64,000 bases of DNA from Auanema rhodensis (Eukaryota; Animalia; Nematoda): assembly GCA_964057225.1 (NCBI GenBank), contig OZ059898.1:12772001-12836000 (forward strand), given 5' to 3'. A model generated the notes under the pieces. The model saw only the letters and a program-made list of their open reading frames with translations. It did not search any database and was not told where the DNA came from. Positions 13,336 to 27,400 of the stretch are shown one piece after another. Numbering within the stretch: the stretch's first letter is position 1; every line of letters begins with the position of its first letter. Both the position numbers and the translations under genes were made by a program.

Positions 13336-16300
13336 TAAAATATAACTATAATAATATATATGAACATGTAGCTTGCTCAATAAATGATTTCTCATTCATG
13401 TTGAAGCAGATGAATGTTCGGCTGAATGGGCTTGAATGTCTTAGAAAATTTCGAAAAATTACATGTAGCTATCTGACAGAACTGATCCCACCACCAGAGA
13501 ATCCATATGAGAAGAAGGACCAAAGACCCGGTTCGTCATCTGGCTCATATGGCCTCAACAACTACTTCTCGCCTTCATCCATCATAGCAGCTCGTCTTCT
13601 TGACTTTTCCTCGAAGCATGCCTTTGTCCTTCTCTCTTCCTCCCTCTCATCTCATCAGTCTCTCTGTCTATTCTCTTTATATATATCCATCTTGTTCTTT
13701 TTTTGATGACCAGGAATTCATCCCCTTCCATCTTTATGATTCATCCTTACTTCATCTTTGTATTTGCGATTGCTGTATTTAGAAGATAAATGCTTCATAT
13801 TCATGTCGTCCGTCACTGTCTTCACACAGCTTCATCGTCAGCTCTGCTTGTCGTCAACGGAAAGAGTATATGAGATAAGGAGAAAGAAGCGAGAAAACAG
13901 ATTTTTTTCGCTTACCCGATGTCACAGCTAAATAGGCCATTCGCACATTCGGCTTCCTTCATCTTCATTTCGCCGACAACAATTACTTTCGAAAACTATA
14001 TTTCAGCAAAGCTTCTATCCTGATTTACATTCAAACGTCTGTTTATGTTTCTTCTTGTTCTTCTTCTCCAAACGTTTTCCATTCAATACCTGTTGCTTTC
14101 AAAGAATATATATATATATATAAACTTTATATAAAACTTATTGTTCATAAGTCAAGCAATTCTGGTTGCTAGGATGTTGAAAGTACTTCAAACTTTAAAA
14201 TATTATACACATTATGCGAGACTCATGAAAATTTTATAAAACCACATACGAAACTCACATAAATCTATTTTTGTATCATCTAACTTCACCTAATTATCGA
14301 GATTTTTCAAGAAAATGCTTTATTTTAAAGAAGAAAAAAATGAAAAAACATTTTCAACCGGAAATTCAATATATATGTATAAATGGCCAGAAGTATCATA
14401 AAATCTAAGTAAAAAAACGTATTATCCTGCTCAAATATCTTTCAGCAACAACAGATAAATCGTGAAATGTTAGAGATATCCTTATAAGATTGTTGTGAGC
14501 TGATCGAATTTGTATTTTGAAAATCCTTGTCTCAAACAATTCCCCGGAGATCATATTGACTTTTTTGTCATCCTCATTTAAAGTATAATTTTGAGAAAAA
14601 GAGCGCAAAGAGAATGTAGAGAGAGAGAGAGAGAGAGGAAGTTGGAGAGGAAGAGAGAGAGATTAGAAACGAAAGTTTAGCTTCAGGGTGAATTTTCTAA
14701 TAAAAATGAAAAAAAAATCAAGTTATTTAAGTAAAAACACAAAGAGAAATGAGGAAGCAACTGATTTTTTTCGTAAAAAAAGCCAATTCAAGTTCAATTT
14801 TGAATGAAAAAAAGGGGAAAATAGGGTAATGCTTGAGAATCAGATCAAAACAAAGTGATTAGAATATAGAAAATATGAGTAAAAAGCTAGAAAGCTTTGG
14901 AAAAACACTAAAAATCTTGGCATTTTCATCATAAGCTTCTTGTACTGACATATGTATATATCAGCTTTTCACAAATATGTATGTTCGAGGTGGCAAGTAG
15001 TTATTTTGCGATAATGATGGCCATTTGAAGCAGTTCAGCCTTTTTTCTTTTTCATACCAACACTATTCTAGTTGGCTTTATCATTTTTCTTGTTTTTTTT
15101 TCATCCAACTTACAGCTTAGGCTTCAAGTTGATATTCATACAAGTCAAGAGATATTCCCATAGTATTGTATATGTCGATGTATATTCTTTCTATTTCTAT
15201 TGATATGTATATGATAGAATTTCAACTAATTTTCAGCATGTGCTGTTATTAACAATAGAACGGACCATATTAAACTATAAAATTTTCATTAACTATGCTT
15301 TTTATTAAAACAGGCTGTACATATTTGAAAGAAAGGGAGAAAGACAGATAGGTAAAAATCAAGAGAAGGCAATTTGGCCGAATTTCTCGTGTTGGATGAG
15401 AACAAAAAAAATTTTACCGACATGTTTCGAGATTAACGCAAAAGCTTTCACTAGATTGTCACTCATATCTTATTGTCCTTGACATATCGTCGTTCTCATC
15501 ATAACTGCTGTCACTCATGCTCAACCTGATATTCCGATGGTTAAGCTTATGTTTCTGATTCCAAAACGTTTTTCTAAACTCAAATGTATCAGTTTGTCGT
15601 TGAATCGACATGAAATATGACTTCAAAAAGGATTTTGCTCAAGGCTTTATATGTAGTTATGCAAATCGCAAGCTGCATTATCCAAACTTGCTTTGATTAA
15701 TTTTTTTTTGTTGGCGAATTTTCAAATGTCATGTCTAGTCTGCCAAGTGATGGAAGCTCGGCACATGTTTCATCTTATTATATAATAATAAATTAACATA
15801 TTAGCATATAATTAAAATCCTTAATTATACTCAAATGTTTTTCTATTTCTATTTATATTATAGGTTAACCATAAATATTCCATGATTATATTGCATATAA
15901 TTATATTTAATCTGATAATTACAATTGAATTTCTCCAAAGCTATAGCTTTGCTGCAGTTGAGAAGAGTATATGTGTGCTTGTATGTTTGACCGGAAAAAC
16001 ATTTTTTTCCTCACCTCATGGAATATATTTTACAAAATAAAAGATTTTTATGATTTTCATTAAGCATAGAAATACATACAAACCTTAGAAGAAATTATTG
16101 TAATATGTTTTCAAGTTTTACATAATTAAAACTTTTCTTAATATTATAATGAAGAAGTTTGAATAAAAATAATAAATAACATTAAACTTGAGCATGTCGC
16201 CTATTCAGCATTTGCATTTTCTTTTCTCATGCTTTTGTTCATTTTTTTGATGTTTCTCTCTCTCTATCTGTTTCTCTCTGTCTCTATCTCTTCTCTTTCT

Positions 16301-18813
16301 CTTTCTCTCTGTATATCTCTACCTCTCTCTCTCTCTCCCATAATTTACCACCCTATAAGTAGTAGTTAATCTAATTCAATTTCTATCACATATTATAAAA
16401 GAAAAACATTATAATCATATAAAAAAACAATTGTTCATACTTTTTCTATGGAATAAACACTTTTATAATTTTCTTTGAAGAGTTTCTACGCTATTTTAGC
16501 CTTCCGATTGAATAAATGAATGAATTTCTTCATGCTTTTCATACGTAATGTAATATGTTTCTCCTTGAATATGCAACGTAAACGATATGACTTTTGAAAT
16601 CCCGATTGATCTACCTCAGAACTACTTTGTCTCTCCCTCTTTCTCTCTATCTCTCCCTCTTTCTCTCTCTCTCTATCCTTCTCTGTTCTCCTTTCATTTA
16701 ATTCATTATTTCCCTCGTAGTATCTCACTTTCTCTCTATTTCTCTTTTTATTTCACTCGGAAACAAAAAATCCGACTTCCAACAAGCGATATTCCATCAA
16801 ATTTTGGTTTGCCCCAGCATATCAATGTTTTGCAATAAATGCTGAGGAAAGAGATAGCTAGAAAGAGTGAGAGAGAACGTAAAGAAAACGAAATAATGAT
16901 AACATTCTTGTCCTTGTAGGTCATTTTCGAATATAGGAAGAATATGATCATCGTCCTCTCCTCTTCTGATTTTCCACTCTCACTCATCTTGATGATGATG
17001 AAGTTTTCTGATGACCAAATTGTCAGTTTATATCTTGAATATGTCGTTTTGGAAGTGTTAGAAAACTAGGAATTTTCAAATTTTTTTATGAAAAAGGAAA
17101 TATCAACCTGACTGATTGGCATTGAGAATTTCCTCAAAATAAAGAGAGGTGGGGGAGGGAGGGAGGGATTTTTTTGTTAGAAGAAACAAAAAAGGGTAAA
17201 GATGGAAATAATGTATTCTCTAGAAAAAAGAAAACAAGGCCAAAATATCCTTATATAGTATGTAGTTCTATGTATTTATAAAGTCAAGAGCCATTGCATT
17301 TGCATTTGTATGTTGGATATGAAAAGCTCTATGCCTTTTCCGTTTTATTTGATTCTAATCTTTGAGCTACTTTATAGGTTTTTTTTTTCTTCAATTAGTC
17401 TGTCATTGATGTTAATGGAATGTGCGGTATATGTGAACTTTATGAAGATATTCACGTATTTCACGTGAATGCTAGATAATTTATTCTAATCAACTGTTTT
17501 CATTTTCAATGTTCTTTATGTGCAGATCGGTTGCATATGTGTTTTTCCAGTTCATTTTTTCTTCTTTTTTCAAACCTTAGCTATAAGTTTGTCCTCACTG
17601 TTCAACGTATAGCCTAAGTTCTCAAAACTCATCATATTCACACTCGTTTTCAGTCGTATTCAGGAGAAAACTTTCTCCTTTATCGTTTATCTTCCCTCGA
17701 CTTTGCCTTCACCTGTTTTCATCTTCATCATGATACTCAACAACTTACTTATCTTAGCAATGTTTCCTGGTTCATGCACACACACACACACACATTCAGA
17801 CACATGGATGTCATTTTAACTCATCTAGCTTAATCCTTCTGATCCAATTTAACTTCTATTTATTTCCCATAACCTTATTCTCATTGTGTCTTTATCCATT
17901 TATCCTCATCTTCTTCTCATTGCCAATGTTCCCAAGACAATTTTCTCCTTAAGCTTCTTCTATTGGAATGTCGAAGGTTTTCAACGTCTTATTCTTCTGA
18001 ACGACCAATGGCCATATGTATTTACTGGTCAATTTTTCTCCCAAAAAAGTAGCCATTCAATTCAATTTTTTTTCCTTCCGTATCCTTTAAGATAATTTTT
18101 TTATTCAGATAGCCAAACAAGTTCTTTTGAATCGAGTAGCCAAGTCATTTTCTCAAGCCTTACTCTCCTAAAAGCATAAGCTTTATCAACGTCAATGCTG
18201 TATAGCTGTAAACGCTATTTGCATTTTTATCATTATTAACTTTATTTTTTAATTATATTTACTAATTATATGATAAATAGTTTGTTATTTACTCGAATTG
18301 TTTATTAACTCACAACAAATGACCACGTTGCTTTGGGCGGAGCTCCTTTTTTTTTGGTTCGAATTCTCTCTTTTTTGTTCCTCTTTAAGCTTTTACACTA
18401 GACGAAGCTGTCACGCCTCTTCGTTGAAAGCTTCTGCCTTTCATTGAGCCAACATTCCGGTGAGAATAACGTTCAGACAGTTCTAATGAACTTCGGACAT
18501 CTGGAAACATCTCGTCTCACATGATTAATCATCTCATATTCAAAATATTTATACGAAAATAAGCAAATTTGTCTTTCAATAACCTCTGGAATTCAATTTG
18601 AATTTTGAAATTACTTTTCATGTTTTTCTATATAATTTATCTCGTCTTAGTTAACTAATTTTGTTATGTTTTGAAAGTTCATTTTAGCTGTTTCTGTTTC
18701 TTACTCGTTTTTTTTCTTTTTTTTTCAGTATTTTTAACCTTTTCCTTTGTTTTATTTTGAACTTAATTCAGTACTTTTAGACTTTTCTCATGATTCTTTC
18801 AAGACAATCTTAG

Positions 18814-20937
18814 ATTATTACTGACAGTCCTTCTGAACACAGAATGGGTCTTGTCACAATTGCTTCTGATCAACTTATCAATGGAGTAGCTTCTCGTCTA
18901 GTTTATGGTATGTCCTTTTCATTTCCTTCATTTTCCTGAAATGTGTATCAAGTTGCTATAACTACAAATAGTTTAATGTCTGAACGACGAAACTCTTATT
19001 AAGATGCTTTTGTGTCTCCGAATATGCCATATTGAATTATACCTTATATATCTCTATATCTCTATATAATATTTATAACTTTTCTCTCCATTTCAACTAC
19101 TTTTCCTCTTCCTCTTCCTCTTCCTCAAAAAAAAATTTAATAATCTTTTTCACAGAGATTGTTACCATACATGTATTTAGTTTGTAGTATAAGATATTCT
19201 ACTATTACTTGTTTACATAGTATAATAGAGAAAGTGAGAAAGAGAAACACATACAAAGAGGGAAAGAGAGAGAGAGAGAGAGATCTCAGGAAAGAAAATA
19301 TGAAAAGTCTTTGGAGACTATAGAGGAAAGGATAAGAAACATGACATGCTTGTGGTCAGTTGACATTCAATTCATTGAAATCTCATGGCACAATCCGGCT
19401 ATAGTTGACGCAAACGGCTTGATCAAACTCTTGACTGCTGTGATCCATAAAAGGACAAGTAATGAAGTAAAATACGAAAAGACTTCTGAGGCTAAGGACA
19501 AATGTCTTCCATATCTCTGTCAGCTTTGAGAAATTCTCTTTCAATCCATTTTATCCAGCCTTTTCAATGAGATGAGGCTTCCAACAAAATTTTTAGTTCT
19601 GTTTTAAGTAGTAATTGACACAAGTCTCTTTGTAAAGTCTAAATCTTTTCTATGAAGGATTGCAGACTAGAGACAGCATCATATCCTCCTCCAAAAAGCT
19701 TCATTTGAGCTTTTTCACTCTGAAGAGACTCACTTAGAGAGAGAGAAAAGGAAAAGGGGGATAGAATGATGTAAGAGGGTGAGAAAGTATCATGATATAG
19801 ATAAAGAGAGACATAACGAGAACAATATCTCTCTCTCTTTCTCTTTCTCTCTCTCAGAATATGAGGAAAAAAGAAAATAAAGAGATTGATGCACTGAGAG
19901 AAGACCCAGCTAGACAGTAGTAAGTGGATAAGATGTTAAAAGAATCTGAAGTAATGACTCTCTTGTTGCTGAAATTCAAACATTTAAAAGAAGAAGAATA
20001 CGAAGTGAGTGAGATTTTGTGCAAAAAGAGAAAGTACGTACCCAAAGAGCAAATTAGTTACAAGGGGGGCTGAAAACGTTTTCTTTGTCCTTTAAAGCTA
20101 AACAGAGGAATAGCTGATTTTCATTTCAAACAAAGGCATTTCCTTGTTCTCCATACTCCTAACACTAGCTCGTCTTCAAGTTGTCATCCATTATTCGGAA
20201 AATAGAATAACGTTTGAGAGCATAATTTAAAAAAAAAATAAAATACTGAACGGCTTTATGCTGAAGATTAGTCAGATGAATATTGAATCAGACACTGCTA
20301 TTAAGATGAATTTGAAGAGCTTTGTCACCATTAAGCTTGAATTAAGTTCTAAATTGCCTGAAGTTCACTCGTTCCTGAAAGAAAATATGAAGTCAAAGTT
20401 CAAACATGAACGCGCAAGTGTTTTCATCTTGAAAGCTGTCATCGTAGAGGAAACTTGATATTAGTTACACCCTCTACATATCCTTTTCGTTCGTTTATGA
20501 GTTGAACTCAGAACTAATGCTGAAAAATATTTCATAAAAAAAAAGAAAAAGATTGTTAAAAGAGTTTTGAGGGGAAAATGGTAAAAGTTTCCTCTTTACT
20601 TCCTTTTTTAAAAAGCCTTTCGTGATCTAGTTCATCTTAATATTATGTATTTTGTTTATTTTTGGCCGAAAAAACTTATACAAAAATAAAATTTATTTTT
20701 TTAAGAAAGAAAAAAGAATGAAAAACGTATTAAAATGGATCAAAATAGAAAGAAAAGTATTGAAGTTTTCAATATATTACGTGGTGGATAAGCGAAAAAC
20801 TGAAAAATGGTTATAATATATTTGACCGCAGATGGCCATCTATCATCTAGTCAGCTTTAAGTAATTCATTATTTCATTTTTACTTATATTCTTTCTCTTT
20901 CTTCTTTATTTTTACGAAACTTATTCCCCAACTTATT

Positions 20938-21034
<97 letters not shown>

Positions 21035-21372
21035 TGGGCACAGTCACGCACACTTATACACTTCATGAGATAAGAAATACAACCACATAAACGGTAATGT
21101 TTCTCTTCTCTCATATTCCGGAAAATGTAATTTGGTGAATATGTCCTTTCCTTAAATATCCGGATAAATGTATTTCGTTCAACATCTTAACTATTCTGTG
21201 TAACATTTCAGTTTCAAATACATATATGTATGTGTAAATGTATTTAATAGGTAGTAGTTCTTTTACAAAGAAATATTTCTAAACATCGTTAAGATATCTA
21301 GGATTGTCCGATTAACCGGAAAGTGAGAAGGACATTTGTGAAGCATTTACAATGAGATAGAAGATAACAAGA

Positions 21373-21441
<69 letters not shown>

Positions 21442-24400
21442 TGTGAAGGTATAGAAGTGTTTTTAAAATAAAATAAAAATATTTACAAGTGTATATAGGT
21501 ATGTAAATATAATAATAAACAAATTAAGATGAGAAAGAAGTAAAAAATAAGTTTTAATTGATATATTTCTGAGGCGTTAAAGTCATAACGAAGCACCTTG
21601 CAGCATGTTTTTAACATCAAAGTATATATATTTCTGCATAAAATCTAAATAACAAGAATATTAAGTTTTACTTTTAATCACAGAGAAACTAAGTAATATA
21701 ATTCAAGTTGTAAATACGCTCTTTCTACGCTTTAGCATCATCAGCCTCATCTTTTTGAAAATGCAAAATTTGAACTGTAATTCATTTGCAAACACGGGAA
21801 ACTATAAAATCAGTTGGAGAGATATACAGCTAAATGAGCTTTTCCGACTATACGTTGACATTCATAGTTCCTTGTTTGATACATTTAAAGCTAAAAAGGA
21901 ACAGGATATGGTAAATTTACGAACACAAAAAAACGAATCTAACATTTGTCTTTTATCCAACACTTTTTCATTAAATTTTTAAATATGTTTTTCTTTATTT
22001 CAGAAGGTTCTATATGTGATTCGTGGCCATGTTGGAATGAGGGCACATGCATTTCAAACGGAACGAGAAGCTTCTCATGCGAATGTACTCCGTTATTCAC
22101 AGGAGATCATTGTCAAACAAAGGTTTTGATTCTTCATCTTTATTTCCTCCTTTTTTTTTGTGGTGAAAATAAAACTGAGGGAATAAGAGGAAAAAACAGT
22201 TAAACAAGCATTTTGCGTTTAGTTTTTCAATAAAAACCGGATGAAAAATTAATTTTTTTTTCATTTAACTTATTCTATCAAATTTATAATTTCTTACAGA
22301 TCTCTGATCTATGTCAAGATAATAACTGTTCCATAGGTGAATGTTGGATAAACGGACAAAAATATAATTGCTCACCCATTATAACAGGTAATTGATTTCA
22401 CTTGTTCCCGTCCAGCCTCCTCAGGCTATATTCATAGAACTAATTTATAATTATATAAATAGATACATATTCATGGCTCTCTCGTTAATACAATTTTCAA
22501 ATAAATATAATCAGTCGAATAGTACAGATATTACGGCTTTACCATGTGCTTTCGTCTCTGTTTCTTCTATTGTGTCGAGAGAAGAAAACGTTTTTTTTTT
22601 TAATATATTTTTTTTTCTCTTGTTAATTCTCCTTTTAAGCAGACAAAAAGGGGAATTCCTTCAAGAAGCCTTGTTTTTTTTTCACAAAGTATTCAGTTGA
22701 ACACGAAAAAAATATTCTTGGCACCGTCTCCAGGCAATCAAAAACAAAATTTTTTTTTCTTTATATGCTCTTCTTTTATTTTATTTTTTGCAAAGAAGAA
22801 AAAATTCATTTTCTTTTGTCTTAAACTGACAGCTTAGGAGGTTATGATGTAATGGGACTCATGGGGGAGGGGGTGAAACACGTTTTCTATTATATCGAAC
22901 TCCGTCCCCTGTGCTTTGTGTTTCACCAACAAGCGCGTTTGCGGACAATCTTGTCATCCTAATGTCTCGTTGAGCGAGAAAAAATCCCAAAATTCTAAAC
23001 AATTTCCAATCGTTTAGGATATATTTTCAATTCTCAGAAATTTGTTTGTCATTTCCCCAACACTACCTATAGTTTCCAAAAAGCTGATCCATCCTACTTT
23101 TTCAAAATCTCTTTAATTTCATATCAAACTGTTTGAATATCATATTTATTTATATGATGTCTGAACATATAATTAAGTCTAAAACCTTACTCTGACATAC
23201 AGCTTTTTGCTTCTTTTCCCTATTTTGGTATACAGCTATGCTAATGAGGAAGCACGTTATCTTAATTGTAATTTAGCATAATTTTACGTGAAAAATACAC
23301 GTGATGATTGGCTACTACTACTAACTCTACAACAACTTTCTCTTATTTCATTTTTATTTTGACGTTAATCGGTTGTATGAACTTTAACTTACAACATATG
23401 TATACATATATATAACAATTTATTTTTTTTGTTTTATTCAAATAGAAAAAGAGCATAATTCGTTCAAATAACATAGCATAATCATTCATTTCTTCATGAT
23501 TTATTGCTACTTTTCTTTATTCTACGCCTTTATACTTTTTTTCAACTTTCTATTATAAATTCAACAAATACAAGTTACTATCACTTTTTGGAATAATTAA
23601 AGCTTTGTAGTTGCAAGGCTCTGAAAGTTTTTAGCTTGAACTTCATTCTATTCAGTTATTTTTACTCAATTTCTGCATCTTCCTCATCAGTTTTTCTTTA
23701 TTTCTATTGCTACTTTTAACTATCAGCAACGTAACTCTCACCCTTTCTCTCCTTTTCCCTGTTCATCGTCTTCGTATTCGAAGCAATTTTCAGTAGCAAT
23801 TCCATGAACTACTCATGGAGACAAGCCTATCCTGACTCTTCCGGAATTGCCTTAAAAGGTTGGATCAAGCTAGACAATAGCTTAGCTCCTGCCAAACAAA
23901 GGCAAACTTAGACAGTAGTCTAGTGAAAGCCAGTTTGGGTCATCTTCACGTTTATTTAATATTTTATTCATGCTTCATTACTCGTTATATTCTAATGATT
24001 GAAAAAAAAATCGGTCAATGACCGAATAATTAGACCGTAAGAACAGTTGAAAAGGTTTCTATAACACTAAAACGTATATTTTAAATAATTAAATGTTCAT
24101 TTCCTTTCTTCATAAAATCTAGATAAACATATTAACATGTATATAGTATATATATGTCGTCAGATATATATAATATATATAGACGAAGGCTATATACTAA
24201 ATACTATATGTTTATGTTTATTCATTCTTCTAACTATATGAAATAATATTAAAATATACATATATTCCTAGTCATTTATGTTCAAGTTAACATCTAACGA
24301 TAGCTACTTGTACATCTATGTCCCCTACATAAACCGTCAGCTACATACAGCATACACGCATGTATATGTATGTATGTAGTTGTCCTCATTCACTCTATTG

Positions 24401-27400
24401 TTGTTGGCTACCAACAGTTTCTCCACACATTCCAGTAGTTTTCAAGCTTCCTTCCGAATTCTGCCACTACGTGTGATCGTTGTCTCACCATTCCATTTAG
24501 TTTTTTTCCTCTCTTCTCCATCGTCAATCTGATTTGCCGTTGGCCCTGCCATCGAAATCATTACGCCCTTCAAACTCATCTAACGTCTTCTGGTGCCGCA
24601 ATTATCAGATATTGAAATAAGGAAATACATGCTTTTCGTCTTAAATGGAAAATACAAACTTATTTTGCTGAGATCGATGCTTTCGCTTTCTCTCTCTCTC
24701 TCACTCCATCCTGCCAGCATGCATTTATCTACTCTCTTTTATTTTTTTTTCAAACAAAAAAATAAAGTAATCTAATATATATTCATTCCTCAGGTCCTTC
24801 TGTTTTGTTTTTTTTTTGCTGCCCTTGCCTATCGAGTACAACGATCACGACCACCAGAGTAGCTGGGGGGCTTTTCAGTTTGCCTATTCTGCTGCTCAAA
24901 ATTCACAACTAACATCACCAACAAACTGAAAAAAAAAGTTTTTTCCTGCAACAGCACAACCTAAGTATGTACCACAACAAAGAGAAGTACTTGATTAACT
25001 GAAAAACCTAACAAATCATTCTTTCATAAGTAGTTTGTTTCTCAGAACTTTCTTTTTACATTTTAATGCTTCCTGTTTCCTATTAGAAGTAGTTCATCCG
25101 AACCCTCCTCAACAACTGCACCAACTGCATACTTTTTCATTCTTTCTTTTTCATCCAATCCTTCCCTTTTTTAGAAAAACTACATTACACTAGTTGAGGT
25201 TGAGCCTCAACTGTGTTCCTTTTTCGCATTTATCTATATTCTCAATTCTGATTTTTCTACAACTTCGTTTTTTTTTCAACCAAACGAGCTTGAAATCAGT
25301 CGTCGTGATGAGTCTGCCGCTTGATGAGTCCGACCTTCTAAGCTATGTCATTCTTCCGATTCATTTCCTTTAGGAGTTCTCCTTTTTTGTTGGGAACGTG
25401 ATTGTTTCGCTTCATAACTATATTTGACCAGACTTCTTTCTGAAGAGGAAGAAGAAGACAAAGAAAGAAAGAACGAACGAAAGAAAATCGTTAAAGTTCA
25501 AAAAGATGTGTCTTTTCTAATCTAAATCCTTCTTATATGCTTCCTCCGACTATACATTGAACAGGAAAAAAATATTTTTTTAAATATATTTATTCCATAA
25601 ACAAGTAGATTTAACGTAAATGCATTACGACAAGGTAGAATAATGAAATAGTTTTTCTTGGACTTTCAATTCATTTGATTTAGACTTTAACACACATTTA
25701 GTGAAGCTTAGACTATTCAGCTTCTACTTGATTATTCAAACCAATTGATGCTCAACTTGCTTTTTCCTGTTTCCCCTTCAACATTCCTACTCATCAAAAC
25801 GATTAACTCAATGATTTTATTGATCAGCTAAGGCGATTTTCATTGTTGATCATTTCCAAATATTATTTTCTTCCTTCTATTCATCTCATTAAGTAGAAGA
25901 ATCCTGATATTTCTTCAATCCTCTGATATCAAAGTATAAAGATCGGATCATTTCGTATAATTTGCTTACAAGATAATCGTTACTAAGTTGTTTGAACCTT
26001 GTAGCATGCTAAAACACATTGATCGCAACATAGCTTGCAAGCATTTATCGCTAAACATGCCAAAAAAACTCAAGCTCTGTTGATTTTTTAAACTTTTTTT
26101 TTCTGCCAAAAAAAAAAAGAAGTGAATTTCTCCATAGAGAGCTCATGTTTCTTCAGAGTTTTTGTGCTGCTCCTTAGAGTGCTCAAATAATGCTGGCCAT
26201 GTTATTCAATTTTGAGCAATTCCTTCTAAAGCTGGGAGGCATTTTTTCAATTGTTCCATTATTTTTTGACATTTGACTTATACTTTTCATATATATTTTC
26301 TCATCAAGAAACTTTCAAGTCGAATTTTAGTTTAAAATATTCTTTGTTGTTGGAAATGTAGAAGGAAATCTTTAAAATATTCTTTGTGTTTTCTTTATAT
26401 ATTTTTTTTTGTTTTCTTCTGCAATTCAAGTCAAATAAGTAAGTAAACAAAACTTTCATGCAAACTTCCAAGTATTTTAAAATTAATTTTAATACTTATA
26501 TGTATAATAACTAAGTTTAAAAGAATAAAAACATATTTTCAAATATAATTAGTAAAGTTCCTAAACTCTTCTCATCTGTACGTTTACTTCATCACTTCAC
26601 TTGCTTCTGCAATCTTTTTAAAAGGACTATGCATGAATAGACGACCGGAACATGTAAAACAGAAAAAAAACAGTTGAAGAAAGAAAAAAAGATTAAGAAG
26701 ATAAATAGTTAAGAGAATTCAAAAAGAATGCTAAAAAGAGTAGCTGCTAGAGAGAGGTAGAGCAAGAGAAAGAGAGCTAGAGAAGGAAAGCTAGAAAAAG
26801 AGGACTAGAGAAATAGATTGAGAAGGAGCGAGAACAGGACTAAATAGCAACAGTTGAAATTATGCTATACGTCCTGCTGAGAAGTCTTTCATCCGCATTT
26901 TTAAAATATTATATTTCAATCTTATATATTGATATAATTAAATTTTCTCAATCAAAAATCTCATTAATCTTAATAGTTAATATAAACATATCTAGTATTC
27001 TTCGGTTGCTTGCCCTTTGTCGAAGATATTTTTTCCTCTTCTGCTACATAACCAGAGCCAGCCAGCCACATGGGATTGTTTAAGCCTTTTCAGACCTCTT
27101 CTTCTCTCTTTAAGTATATGAAAGCCTGTTGAGCATTTTTTGAACTTTTCAAAGTCATCATCATGCGTATCGTCATTTTCTGAAAATCAGGAACATATAA
27201 GATATGATATTGGCGTATTTACTTCAAATACTTACATGATTGATGCTATAACTTGGTTCTGAGACATCTCATATTCTTAGATAGATATGTCATATCCTGT
27301 TTTCCTTTATTTGACTCTTTATTCATCCATCAGCTTCTCTTTTCATTCTATTTTCTCCTTTTGTATACATCGTTTTTTACTTTTTTTTCTTTTTGCCAAC

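Noticed and set aside
25187-25216. Short hairpin AGTTGAGG-TTGAG-CCTCAACT
   Set aside because: Too short for a pre-miRNA and not a let-7 match.
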